A stretch of DNA of 64,000 bases, taken from assembly GCA_028826165.1 (NCBI GenBank), contig JAPDFW010000077.1, positions 310,001 to 374,000 on the forward strand, read 5' to 3'. Shown here piece after piece: positions 1 through 10,996 of the stretch (the first letter of the stretch is position 1; each line of letters begins with the position of its first letter). Source of the DNA: Anaeramoeba ignava BMAN (taxonomy: Eukaryota > Protista > Anaeramoebae). The notes under the pieces are model-generated. The model did no database searches. It had not been told where the DNA came from and saw only the letters and a program-made list of their open reading frames with translations. Both the position numbers and the translations under genes were made by a program.

Positions 1-54
1 ATAATTAAATTATAATTAATTATTATTAATAAATTAAATTAAAAATTAAATAAA

Positions 55-420
55 AATTTTAATTAATTTTATATTTAAATTTAGATTTATTTTGATTTAA
101 TATTTATTTATTAAATTTATTTAGAATTAAATTTAAAATAGATTTATAATTAATTTATTATTAATTACTATTAAAAATTTAATTTATTTTGAATTCAATT
201 TTAATCAATTTTATATTAAAATTTAGATTTATTTTAATTTAATATTTATTTATTAAATTTATTTAGAATTAGATTTAAAATAGATTTATAATTAATTTAT
301 AATTAATTATTATTAATAAATTAAATTAAAAATTAAATAAATATTTTAATCAATTTTATATTAAAATTTAGATTTATTTTGATTTAATATTTATTTATTA
401 AATTTATTTAAAATTAAATT
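55..420. repeat. AT-rich tandem repeat, ~3 copies of a ~143-bp unit
   Basis: Block ttttatatt(t/a)aaatttagatttatttt..atttaatatttatttattaaatttattta recurs at ~67, ~208 and ~354. Confidence 0.75.
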
Positions 421-859
421 TATAAGAAAGAGTGAATTTTTAATTAAATTAAAGTTGGATTTTTTTTCTTAAAATTTTGAAATACAAAAATCATTATTGT
501 CAACTTTTATTTATTTTTTATTTTTTAAATTAAAAAATCAGACAAAGATTTAATTTAAAAAATTATTTCTAATTTAATTCAAAAACACGATTTCTCTCTT
601 TTTAAAAAATAAACGGAAAAAAAAAAGATCAAAATAAAAACAAATTTTTTAAAAAAAACGTAATTTCATTTTTCATTTTTCATTTTTCATTTTTTTTATA
701 TTTTTTTGTTTGTATTTTTTCTTTTTTAATTTCTTTTCTTATTTCTTTTCTTTATTTCTTTTTTTTTTTTTCAATTCAAATTGATTGCTTAACTTTTCAA
801 TCAAAACTGAACAAAAAAAAAAAAAAACGGAAAAAATTTTTATAAAAAACAAAAAAAAA

Positions 860-1102
860 ATGAATAAACCAGGAAATCCAATAAAAGAAACACAAGAAAC
901 AAATAAATATATTTATCTATTTGAAAAACAACAAGTATCAACAACAGAAATAGAAGGAATATCAAGAATTCAATTTCAAACAGCAGAAAATAATTGTGGA
1001 ACTCAATTTAAAGAGATTATTCAAAAAATCAAAAAAGAACTTTCAGTTGATCAAATTCAACAATTAACTCATTTGTTACTTCAAGATTTTTCAAAGATTT
1101 AA
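860..1102 (+). CDS. small hypothetical protein (80 aa)
   Basis: ATG at 860 follows an A-rich leader and upstream TCATTTT motifs (667-695). Composition is non-repetitive and coding-like (MNKPGNPIKET...LLLQDFSKI). No family recognised. Confidence 0.45.
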   Translation: MNKPGNPIKETQETNKYIYLFEKQQVSTTEIEGISRIQFQTAENNCGTQFKEIIQKIKKELSVDQIQQLTHLLLQDFSKI

Positions 1103-1413
1103 AAAAAAAAAAAAAGCAAAAATTGTTTTTTTTTTCTTTTTTTTTTTTGTTGATCCACTTTTTTTTCTTTTTCTTTTTTCTTATTCAAATTTTGTATTTA
1201 ATTTCTTTTGATCTTTGTTCAATTTGCTTCAGTTATCTTTTTTTTTTTGTTAAATTCTTTTTGATTTTGTTACTACAAAAATTTTCTCTTTTTTTTTAGA
1301 TCCTAAATTGTTTAGCTTCTTTTTTTTCTTTTTTTTCTTTTTTTTTCTTTTTAAAATGTGCTAAAAAAAATGATCAATAAAAAAAATTTCAGTTTAAATT
1401 TCAATTTAAAATT

Positions 1414-1442
1414 TTTCATTTTTTCATTTTTCTTTTTCAAAA
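1414..1442 (+). promoter_or_regulatory. Initiator-like TCATTTT core promoter / 5' leader
   Basis: ttttcattttttcatttttctttttcaaaa lies immediately before the ATG. The same motif precedes most genes on either strand. Confidence 0.55.
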
Positions 1443-3194
1443 ATGAATGAAATTATATTTTTTGGAAGAAATTCAAATGCAAAACTTATTAAAAATGAAC
1501 CAGATTTAATAACAAAACCAATTCAATTTAAATTTGAAAATGAAAATGAAAATGAAAATGAAAATGAAAATCAAATTAAACAAATTTCAACAGGTTATTT
1601 TTCAATAATTTTCCTTTTTAAAAATGGAAAAGCAATAGAATATGAAAAAAATTCAAATCAAAATCCTTCAAAAATCCAAATTGAAAATATTCAAAAAGTA
1701 ACTGTTGGTAATTCAAATGAAGCTATTTTAACAATAGAAGGAAATCTATTTGCCAAAGGAGGTGATATTAATTCAGAAAATCCAAAAGAATTTATCAATA
1801 TTTCATCATTAATTGAAGATACAAATGATAGAATAATTGAAGATATTGTTTTTGGAAGACATTCAGTTTATTTCTTAACTTCAAATCAAAATGCTTATGG
1901 AATTGGTTCAAATGAATTTGCTCAACTTGATTTTGGTTCTATAACACTTAAAAGAACACAAAAACCAATTTTAATGATGAAAAATGTTTCTAAAATATTT
2001 TCAGGAATTTCTGCAGATCATGTTTTTCTTTTGAATTCAAATCAAGAATTATTTGGATGCGGCTATAATTTTTATGGTCAAGTTGGGTTAAATAAATTAG
2101 ACACAAAAATTGAAAAATTAACACAAATCCAAAATATTCCAAAAGGCAAAATAATTGATATTAAATGTGGTTTTAATCATTCAATAATGTTGATTGAAAA
2201 TGAAGATGAAAATGAAAATCCAAAAAGAAAACTTTATTCATGTGGAGATCACTTATGGAACGGACTTGGCAAAAATGAAAATACAAGAGGTTTTACTGAA
2301 ATCAAATCATCTTTATTTGAAAATGATAATATTCTTGAAATTTCTGTTGGACAACGTCATAATCTAGTTTTTACTTCCAATGGGAAACTGATCGTATTTG
2401 GAAATAATGATTACGGTCAATTAGGAAATGGTGATAAAGAAAAACAATTAATTCCAATTCAAATTGAACTTCCTAAATTAAGATTTAATGAAAATATTTC
2501 TAATTATCATGTTTCTTGTGGTGCTTTCAATTCATTTCTTTATTATTCTCCTTCTTCTCTTTCCAATCTTGAAGAAGATTTGATAAAATTATTTAAAAGA
2601 AAAGAATTTTGTGATATTTCATTTAAAACCAGAAATGGAGAAATAATTAAAGCTCATAAATTAATATTGAAATATAGATTAAATCAAAATCAAAATGAAA
2701 TTGAAAAACTTCAAGAATTAATTTCAAAAAAATCAATTAAAGAATCAAATCAAATATTTGAAATGATTTATTCAAACAGAATTATAAATCCAAAATTATA
2801 TTTTGAAATTAAAGAAATTATAAATTCCAATGAAAAAATAGAAGAAACAATGAAAAGAATTTATTTAAATGAAAATGAAAAAGATTTTATAATTGAAAGA
2901 AAAGAAAAACAATATAAATTCCCAAAATTAATATTAATAATGAGAAGTGAATTATATCGAGGAATGTTTTTATCTGTAACAGAAGATAAATCTAATAAAG
3001 TTACAGATTATAGTGAATTAAGTAATAAATCATTTCAATTATTAGAATATTGGATTTATTCAAATCAAATCAAAGAAGAAATTAAAATTACAAAAGAAAT
3101 AATCGATGAATTAGAAACTGGAATTGATTATTTTCAATTAAATCAAACAAATCCAAATTTATTTGATTTATTAATTAACAAATTTAATAATTAA
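1443..3194 (+). CDS. RCC1-repeat beta-propeller + BTB/POZ protein (copy A)
   Basis: RCC1 blades (GxNxxGQLG, CGxxHS) followed by a BTB-like region (FCDISF..IKAHKLIL) and a second BTB-like region ([23 protein letters not shown]). Single exon. Confidence 0.9.
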   Translation: MNEIIFFGRNSNAKLIKNEPDLITKPIQFKFENENENENENENQIKQISTGYFSIIFLFKNGKAIEYEKNSNQNPSKIQIENIQKVTVGNSNEAILTIEGNLFAKGGDINSENPKEFINISSLIEDTNDRIIEDIVFGRHSVYFLTSNQNAYGIGSNEFAQLDFGSITLKRTQKPILMMKNVSKIFSGISADHVFLLNSNQELFGCGYNFYGQVGLNKLDTKIEKLTQIQNIPKGKIIDIKCGFNHSIMLIENEDENENPKRKLYSCGDHLWNGLGKNENTRGFTEIKSSLFENDNILEISVGQRHNLVFTSNGKLIVFGNNDYGQLGNGDKEKQLIPIQIELPKLRFNENISNYHVSCGAFNSFLYYSPSSLSNLEEDLIKLFKRKEFCDISFKTRNGEIIKAHKLILKYRLNQNQNEIEKLQELISKKSIKESNQIFEMIYSNRIINPKLYFEIKEIINSNEKIEETMKRIYLNENEKDFIIERKEKQYKFPKLILIMRSELYRGMFLSVTEDKSNKVTDYSELSNKSFQLLEYWIYSNQIKEEIKITKEIIDELETGIDYFQLNQTNPNLFDLLINKFNN

Positions 3195-3455
3195 AATTAA
3201 AATTAAAATTAAAATTAAAATTAAAATTAAAATTAAAATTAAAATTAAAATTAAAATTAAAATTAAAATTAAAATTAAAATTAAAATTAAAATTAAAATC
3301 AAAATTAAAATTAAAATTAAAATTAAAATCAAAATTAAAATTAAAATTAAAAATTAAAATTAAAATTCAAAATTAAAATTAAAATTAAAATTAAAATTAA
3401 AATTAAAATTAAAATTAAAATCAAAATTAAAAATTAAAATTAAAAATTAAAATCC
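3192..3455 (+). repeat. (AAAATT)n microsatellite spacer
   Basis: Near-perfect hexamer array beginning at the stop codon of copy A. Confidence 0.95.
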
Positions 3456-3490
3456 AAAATTCATTTTTTCATTTTTTTTCTTTTTTGAAA

Positions 3491-5293
3491 ATGAATGAAA
3501 TTATATTTTTTGGTGAAAATCAATATCCAAAACTTATCGAAAATGAACCATATTCAATAATAAAACCAATTCAATTTAAATTTGAAAATGAAAATGAAAA
3601 TGAAAATGAAAAACAAATTAAACAAATTTCAACAGGAAGTTTTTCAATAATTTTCCTTTTTGAAAATGGAAAAGCAATAGAATATTTAAGATATTCAAAA
3701 CAAAATCCTGAAGAAATCCAAATTGAAGATATTCAAAAAGTAACTGTTGGTTCTCGAAATGAAGCTATTTTAACAATAGAAGGAAATGTATTTGCCAAAG
3801 GTGAATATATTAATCCAAAAAATCCAAATCAATTTATCAATATTTCATCATTAATTGAAGATATAAATGATAGAATAATTCAAGATATTGTTTCTGGATG
3901 TTTTTCAATTTACTTATTAACTTCAAATCATAATGCTTATGGAATTGGCTTAAATGAAAATGGTCAACTTGGTTTTGATTCTAAAACAATTGAAAAAACA
4001 GAAAAACCAATTTTAATGATGAAAAATGTTTCTAAAATATTTTCAGGAAGTTCTTCAAGACATGTTTTTCTTTTGAATTTAAATCAAGAATTATTTGGAT
4101 GTGGATGGAATCAATATGGTCAACTTGGATTAGGAGAATCAAGAGAAGAAACAAAAATCCAAAAATTAACCAAAATCCAAAAAATTCCAAAAGGCAAAAT
4201 AATTGATATTCAAGGTGGAAATACTCATTCAGTAATGTTGATTGAAAATGAAAATCCAAAAAGAAAACTTTATTCATGTGGAGATTATCGATATAATGGA
4301 TTTGAGAAAATCAGCTATCAATGTAAAAGAAAATTTACTGAAATTAAATCATCTTTATTTGAAAATGATAATATTCTTGAAATTTCTGTTGGATGTGATC
4401 ATACTTTGATTTTAACAACAAATTCAAAATTGATAGGATTTGGATGGAATTTTTATGGTGAATTAGGAACTGGAGATAAAGAAGATCAATCAATTCCAAT
4501 TCAAATTGAACTTCCTAAATTAAGATTTAATGAAAATATTTCCAATTATCATGTTTCTTGTGGTGAAAACAAATCATTTCTTTATTATTCTCCTTTTTCT
4601 CATCTTTCCAATCTTGAAGAAGATTTGATAAAACTATTTAGAAGAAAAGAATTTTGTAATATTTCATTTAAAACAGAAAATGGAGAAATAATTGAAGCTC
4701 ATAAATTAATATTGAAATATAGATTAAAAGATTATGGAAATCAAATTGAAAAACTTCAAGAAATTATTTCAAATAAATCAATTAAAGAATCAAATCAAAT
4801 ATTTGAGATGATTTATTCAAACAGAATTATAAATCCAAAATTATATTCTGAAATTAAAGAAATTATAAATTCAAATGAAAAAATTGAAGAAACAATTAAA
4901 AGAATTTATTTAAATGAAAATGAAAATGAAAAAGATTTTATTATTGAAAGAAAAGAAAAACAATATAAATTTCCTAAATTAATATTAATAATGAGAAGTG
5001 AATTATATAGAGGAATGTTTTTATCTGTAACAGAAGATAAATCTAATAAAGTTACAGATTATAGTGAATTAAGTGATGAATCATTTCAAATATTAGAATA
5101 TTGGATTTATTCAAATCAAATTAAAGATGGAATTCGAGTTAAATATAAAATAATTGATGAAATCAAAAGAGGAATTGATTATTTTCAATTAAATCAAACA
5201 AATCCAAATTTATTTGATTTATTAATTAAACAATTTAATAATCAAATTTCAAAATTAAATTTAAAATTAAAATCAAAATCAAAATTAAAATAA
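3491..5293 (+). CDS. RCC1 + BTB protein (copy B)
   Basis: Paralog of A. Start taken as the ATG at 3491 (MNEIIFFG), matching paralogs, rather than the TTG at 3485. Confidence 0.9.
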   Translation: MNEIIFFGENQYPKLIENEPYSIIKPIQFKFENENENENEKQIKQISTGSFSIIFLFENGKAIEYLRYSKQNPEEIQIEDIQKVTVGSRNEAILTIEGNVFAKGEYINPKNPNQFINISSLIEDINDRIIQDIVSGCFSIYLLTSNHNAYGIGLNENGQLGFDSKTIEKTEKPILMMKNVSKIFSGSSSRHVFLLNLNQELFGCGWNQYGQLGLGESREETKIQKLTKIQKIPKGKIIDIQGGNTHSVMLIENENPKRKLYSCGDYRYNGFEKISYQCKRKFTEIKSSLFENDNILEISVGCDHTLILTTNSKLIGFGWNFYGELGTGDKEDQSIPIQIELPKLRFNENISNYHVSCGENKSFLYYSPFSHLSNLEEDLIKLFRRKEFCNISFKTENGEIIEAHKLILKYRLKDYGNQIEKLQEIISNKSIKESNQIFEMIYSNRIINPKLYSEIKEIINSNEKIEETIKRIYLNENENEKDFIIERKEKQYKFPKLILIMRSELYRGMFLSVTEDKSNKVTDYSELSDESFQILEYWIYSNQIKDGIRVKYKIIDEIKRGIDYFQLNQTNPNLFDLLIKQFNNQISKLNLKLKSKSKLK

Positions 5294-5297
5294 AAAG

Positions 5298-5582
5298 AAA
5301 TTTAAAATTAAAATTAAAATTAAAATCAAAATCAAAAATTAAAATCAAAATTAAAATCAAAATTAAAATTAAAATCAAAAATCAAAATTAAAATCAAAAT
5401 TAAAATTAAAATTAAAATTAAAATCAAAATCAAAATTAAAATCAAAATTAAAATTAAAATTAAAATTCATTTATAAAATTAAAATTAAAATTAAAATTAA
5501 AATTAAAATTAAAATTAAAATTAAAATTAAAATCAAAAATAAAATTAAAATTAAAATTAAAATTAAAATTAAAATTAAAAAT
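5298..5582 (+). repeat. (AAAATT/AAAATC)n spacer
   Basis: Hexamer array between copies B and C. Confidence 0.9.
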
Positions 5583-5619
5583 CCAAAATATTTTTTTTTC
5601 ATTTTTTTTCTTTTCAAAA

Positions 5620-7416
5620 ATGAATGAAATTATATTTTTTGGTTGGAATAGGTATCCAAAACTTATCCAAAATGAACCAAAAAGAATAACAAAACCAATT
5701 CAATTTAAATTTGAAAATGAAAATGAAAATGAAAATGAAAAACAAATTAAACAAATTTCATCAGGTTACTTTTCAACAATTTTCCTTTTTAAAAATGGAA
5801 AAGCAATAGAATATTTAAATGAAGAATATCCAAATCAAAATCCTGAAGAAATCCAAATTGAAGAAAATATTCAAAAAGTATCTGTTGGTTATGAAAATGA
5901 AGCTATTTTAACAATAGAAGGAAGTGTATTTGCAAAAGGAAAAGATATTAATTCAGAAAATCCAAATGAATTTATTAATATTTCATCATTAATTAAAGAT
6001 ACAAATGATAGAGTAATTCAAGATGTTGTTTCTGGAAAAAATTCAATTTACTTATTAACTTCAAATCAAAATGCTTATGGAATTGGAGATAATCAATTTG
6101 GTCAACTTGGTTTTGATTCTAAAACACTTCCAAAAACAGAAAAACCAATTTTAATGATGAAAAATGTTTCTAAAATATTTTCAGGAAATTCTTCACTTTT
6201 TGTTTTTCTTTTAAATTCAAATCAAGAATTATTTGGATGCGGATATAATTATTATCGTCAACTTGGATTAGGAGAATCAAGAAAAAAATGGTGGATTCAA
6301 AAATTAATCAAAATCCAAAATATTCCAAAAGGCAAAATAATTGATATTCAATCTGGAATTAACCATTCGATAATGTTGATTGAAAATGAAATTGAAGATG
6401 AAAATCAAAATCCAAAAAGAAAACTTTATTCATGTGGAGATTATCGATATAATGGACTTGGCAAAGATGGTCGTGAAGATACTTATGAATTTACTGAAAT
6501 CAAATCATATTTATTTGAAAATGATGATGATTATGATTATATTATTGATTTTTCTTGTGGAGGTGTTCATACTTTGATTTTAACAGGAAATGGGAAACTG
6601 ATCGTATTTGGAAATAATGGATTTGGTGAATTAGGAACTGGAGATAAAGAAGATCAATCAATTCCAATTCAAATTGAACTTCCTAAATTAAGATTTAATG
6701 AAAATATTTCCAATTATCATATTTCTTGTGGATATTACAAATCATTTCTTTATTATTCTCCTTCTTTTTCCAATCTTGAAGAAGATTTGATAAAATTATT
6801 TAAAAGAAAAGAATTTTGTGATATTTCATTTAAAACCAGAAATGGAGAAATAATTGAAGCTCATAAATTAATATTGAAATATAGATTAAATCAATATGAA
6901 AATCAAAATCAAAAACTTCAAGAATTAATTTCAAAAAAATCAATTAAAGAATCCAATCAAATATTTGAAATGATTTATTCAAACAGAATAATAAATCCAA
7001 AATTATATTCAGAAATTAAAGAAATTATAAATTCAAATGAAAAAATAGAAGAAACAATGAAAAGAATTTATTTAAATGAAAATGAAAATGAAAAAGATTT
7101 TATAATTGAAAGAAAAGAAAAACAATATAAATTTCCTAAATTAATATTAATAATGAGAAGTGAATTATATCGAGGAATGTTTTTATCTGTAACAGAAGAT
7201 AAATCTAATAAAGTTACAGATTATAGTGAATTAAGTAATAAATCATTTCAAATATTTGAATATTGGATTTATTCAAATCAAATTAAAGATGGAATTCAAA
7301 TTACACAAGAGATCATTGAAGAATTAGAAATTGGAATTGATTATTTTCAATTAAATCAAACAAATCCAAATTTATTTGATTTATTAATTAACAAATTTAA
7401 TAATCAAAATCAATAA
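5620..7416 (+). CDS. RCC1 + BTB protein (copy C)
   Basis: Paralog of A and B with the same domain order. Confidence 0.9.
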   Translation: MNEIIFFGWNRYPKLIQNEPKRITKPIQFKFENENENENEKQIKQISSGYFSTIFLFKNGKAIEYLNEEYPNQNPEEIQIEENIQKVSVGYENEAILTIEGSVFAKGKDINSENPNEFINISSLIKDTNDRVIQDVVSGKNSIYLLTSNQNAYGIGDNQFGQLGFDSKTLPKTEKPILMMKNVSKIFSGNSSLFVFLLNSNQELFGCGYNYYRQLGLGESRKKWWIQKLIKIQNIPKGKIIDIQSGINHSIMLIENEIEDENQNPKRKLYSCGDYRYNGLGKDGREDTYEFTEIKSYLFENDDDYDYIIDFSCGGVHTLILTGNGKLIVFGNNGFGELGTGDKEDQSIPIQIELPKLRFNENISNYHISCGYYKSFLYYSPSFSNLEEDLIKLFKRKEFCDISFKTRNGEIIEAHKLILKYRLNQYENQNQKLQELISKKSIKESNQIFEMIYSNRIINPKLYSEIKEIINSNEKIEETMKRIYLNENENEKDFIIERKEKQYKFPKLILIMRSELYRGMFLSVTEDKSNKVTDYSELSNKSFQIFEYWIYSNQIKDGIQITQEIIEELEIGIDYFQLNQTNPNLFDLLINKFNNQNQ

Positions 7417-7424
7417 AGAAAATG

Positions 7425-7830
7425 AGAATAGATTTAATTTAATATTTAATTTATAAATTAATTTAAAAATATAATTTAATATTTAATTTTATTATTGAAA
7501 TAATAATTTAATGTTTTAGATTTAAATATTTTATTATTTAAATATTTAACATATAAATATAAAAAATGGAAATATATTTAATTTAATATTTAATTTATAA
7601 ATTAATTTAAAAATATAATTTAATATTTAATTTTATTATTAAAATAATAATTTAATGTTTTAGATTTAAATATTTTATTATTTAAATATTTAACATAAAA
7701 ATATAAAAAATAAGAATAGATTTAATTTAATATTTAATTTATAAATTAATTTAAAAATATAATTTAATATTTAATTTTATTATTAAAATAATAATTTAAT
7801 GTTTTAGATTTAAATATTTTTATTATTTAA
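7425..7830. repeat. AT-rich tandem repeat, ~3 x ~143 bp
   Basis: Unit containing ataataatttaatgttttagatttaaatatttta recurs at ~7500, ~7645 and ~7788. Confidence 0.8.
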
Positions 7831-8224
7831 AAATATTTTGAAAATTGATTTTTGAAATTAAAATTTTATCTTTTTTTTTGAATTAAATTGAATTAATATT
7901 AATTTGGAAATTTGTTTTAAAATTTAAATTTATTAATAATTTTTAAATTCCAAAAAAAAAATTAAATTAAAAATTAAATTAAAATAATTTTCCTTTTTTT
8001 AATAATAAAAATTAATAAAAATAATAATAATTTATTAATAAATTAATTTAAAATAATAAATTAAAAAGAAAATTAAATTAATTATTAATTTAAATTTATT
8101 CTCATTTTTATATTTTTATTTATTTTCAAAATCCACTTTTTATTCATTTTTTTTAAATTTTTTTTTCATTTTTCCTTTTTAATAAAACAAACAACAAAAA
8201 ACAAACAAAAAACAAAAAAACAAA

Positions 8225-9913
8225 ATGGATAATAATAATAATAAGAACCAAATTGAAAATGCAAATCAAATTGAAAATGAAAATGAAATGAAAAATTTAG
8301 AAAAAAAAGTAACAAAAAATTTAATTAAAGATTATTCAAACCTTTTAAATGGAAATTCATTTAAAGATTTTTCAATTTTTGTTGAGAATAAATCAAATCC
8401 TTTTGAAATTAAAGTTCATAAATCAATTTTATCTTCAAGATCTCCTTTTTTTGATAAGTTTTTAAGAGAACAAAACGATATTGATAAAATTTTTTTAAAT
8501 CAATTTAATAAAAAAGAAATGGAATCAATTTTGAGTTATATTTATTATGGAAATATTTCTTTTGAGAATCAAGAAAATCTTATCCAATTATTGGAAATTT
8601 CAATTTATTTTAAATTAAATTTATTGAAAGAAATTATTCAAAAAAAAATTTCAAATTCAATTAATTATTCAAATTTTTTCCAATTTTTATTCCAAAATCG
8701 AAATTTAAATTCAAATGAAATTGAAATAAAATGCTTTGAATTAATAAATCAAAATTTTTCCCAAATTAAGAATAATGAGAATTTATTCAATTTAACTAAA
8801 GAAGAAATTAACAAATTTATTCAATTTAAACAAGAAAAAAAAGAAATTTTTCAATTTGATTTTTTTCAATTTTTAAATAATTGGATTAAAAAAAGAGTTA
8901 ATTCATTAAAATTAAAGAAATATGAACACAAAATGAATGCAAAGAAAAGATTATTTCATTCTTTTTTTTTATTATTTGATAAAGATTCAATTTCAAAACA
9001 AGATTTTGATAAATTAAAACAATTTGATTTTTTTCCCAAATCTTTTTTAGTTGATATTCAAAACAAAGTTATTCAAGAAAAGAAAATTCAAGAGAAAGAA
9101 AAGAAAATTCAAGAGAAAGAAAAGAAAATTAAAAGAAGAGATAAAAGAATCAAAGAAAAAGATAAAAAAATTAAATCATTTGAATCAGAGATTCGAAATT
9201 TGAAATCTGAAAATAAGAAGAAAGAAAAGGAAATTGAAGAGAAAAACAAAGAAAATCAACAAATGAAAATTGAAATTGAAGAGAAAAACAAAGAAATTGA
9301 AGATAAATGGAAGAAAGAGAACGAGGAACTGAAATCCAAATTTGAATTAATGGAATTAAGAAAGATTTTTCCAGATTCAGAAATTATTCAAGATATTGAA
9401 TATGTTAAGAAATTACAAGAATGGATAAATGATAATGATTTTTTTTCTAAAATGAAAAAAGGATTTTCAGCAAAAAGAGATGGATTTAATTCTCAAAATT
9501 GGCATAAAGCGGTTGATGGGAAAAGAAAAACATTAGTTATTATCAAAACAAAAGATAATTTTATTTTTGGAGGTTTTACTCAAGTTGGATTTAATGGAAA
9601 TACAGGAAACATTTATGATTCAAATGCATTTATTTTTTCATTAAGAAATGATAAAGGAGATAGAATACCTGCAAAGTTTACATATAAACTAGGTCATGCA
9701 ATTTATTCTAGTTTAAATTATGGTCCATATTTTGGTTATAGTGATAATTATGATTTTTATTTAGAATCTAATTTACAACCTGGTTATTCAAATTTTGGTT
9801 GGAGTTATAATCTACCTAATGGAATTACTTATGGAACAAATGAAGCTAAAAGTTATTTAGCTGGTTCTCCTGATAAATGGGTTGTTGATGAACTTGAAAC
9901 TTATTTCATTTAA
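8225..9913 (+). CDS. BTB/POZ - coiled coil - TLDc domain protein
   Basis: N-terminal BTB (FKDFSIFV..IKVHKSILSSRSPFF), K/E-rich coiled coil, C-terminal TLDc (FSAKRDGF..WHKAVDGK..TLVIIKT..FIFGGFT..AFIFSL..YGPYFG..ELETYFI). Confidence 0.9.
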   Translation: MDNNNNKNQIENANQIENENEMKNLEKKVTKNLIKDYSNLLNGNSFKDFSIFVENKSNPFEIKVHKSILSSRSPFFDKFLREQNDIDKIFLNQFNKKEMESILSYIYYGNISFENQENLIQLLEISIYFKLNLLKEIIQKKISNSINYSNFFQFLFQNRNLNSNEIEIKCFELINQNFSQIKNNENLFNLTKEEINKFIQFKQEKKEIFQFDFFQFLNNWIKKRVNSLKLKKYEHKMNAKKRLFHSFFLLFDKDSISKQDFDKLKQFDFFPKSFLVDIQNKVIQEKKIQEKEKKIQEKEKKIKRRDKRIKEKDKKIKSFESEIRNLKSENKKKEKEIEEKNKENQQMKIEIEEKNKEIEDKWKKENEELKSKFELMELRKIFPDSEIIQDIEYVKKLQEWINDNDFFSKMKKGFSAKRDGFNSQNWHKAVDGKRKTLVIIKTKDNFIFGGFTQVGFNGNTGNIYDSNAFIFSLRNDKGDRIPAKFTYKLGHAIYSSLNYGPYFGYSDNYDFYLESNLQPGYSNFGWSYNLPNGITYGTNEAKSYLAGSPDKWVVDELETYFI

Positions 9914-10394
9914 AAATTAATTAATAATAAGAAAATCAAACTTTTTTTTTTTAATTTTTTTTTCAAAATTTAATTCAATTTTAATTTACTTTTAATCAAA
10001 TTAATTTCTTTAAAATAATAAATAAGAAACAAATTTAATTTTAAATAATTTAATTTTAATTTAAAATATTTATTAAAAATTTAATTAATAAAAAATAATC
10101 CAAAAAAGAAAATAATAAATTTTAAAAAATTGAATATTTTTAATATAATAAATAAAAATAAAAATTGAAAATAGAAATTAATAATAATTAAATTTAAATT
10201 CATTAATTAAAATATTAAAATAAAAAAAATCAAATAAAATTTATTATTAATTAATATTTAAATATTAATAAATTATAATCAAAATCAAAAATAGAATAAT
10301 TAGTAAATTATTTTTTTAGAAAGTTTATCTTATTCAATCATGTTAAATTCAATTTATTTAAAATTTTTTAATTTTTTAATTTTATTTTTAATAT

Positions 10395-10996
10395 ATTTTA
10401 TTATAATTAAAATTGGAATAATAAATAAATAAAAATATTAATATAATAAATGAAAATATTATTTTAAATCAAAATAAAATAAATTTAAATTAAATTATTA
10501 TTAAATATTATTAAAATTAAATATATATCTTTATTAAAATATTTATTCCACTTTTTAATATATTTTATTATAATTAAAATTGGAATAATAAAAATTAAAA
10601 ATATTAATATAATAAATAAAAATAATATTTCAAATTAAAATAAAATAAATTTAAATTAAATTATTATTAAATATTATTAAAATTAAATATTTATCTTTAT
10701 TAAAATATTTCAATTTTCTTCTCAATTTTATTAAATTATTGGGAATATTTTTATATTATTTTAAATAAATAAATATTAATAAAATATATAAAATATAATT
10801 AATTTCAAATTTAATTATTTAATATTCTTTATTCCATTTTTGAAATAAATTAATAAAAATATTTTATTAATTTTATTTAATTATTGAGAATAATTTTATA
10901 TTATTTTAAATAAATAAATATTAATAAAATATATAAAATATAATTAATTTGAAATTTAATTATTTAATATTCTTTATTCCATTTTTGAAATAAATT
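10395..10996. repeat. two adjacent tandem duplications (~170 bp x2, then ~145 bp x2)
   Basis: ttattataattaaaattggaataataa at ~10398 and ~10566. tattctttattccatttttgaaataaattaat at ~10823 and ~10968. Confidence 0.75.

Noticed and set aside
3192-3455. TAA reassigned to Gln (N* repeats mirroring NQ repeats)
   Set aside because: HECT (FHLS*), TLDc (ETYFI*) and lysozyme (DFY*) end with TAA at the expected family C-termini, and long conserved ORFs contain no internal TAA.
7417-10996. Autonomous transposon
   Set aside because: No transposase, RT or helicase ORF, and no convincing TIRs or target-site duplication.
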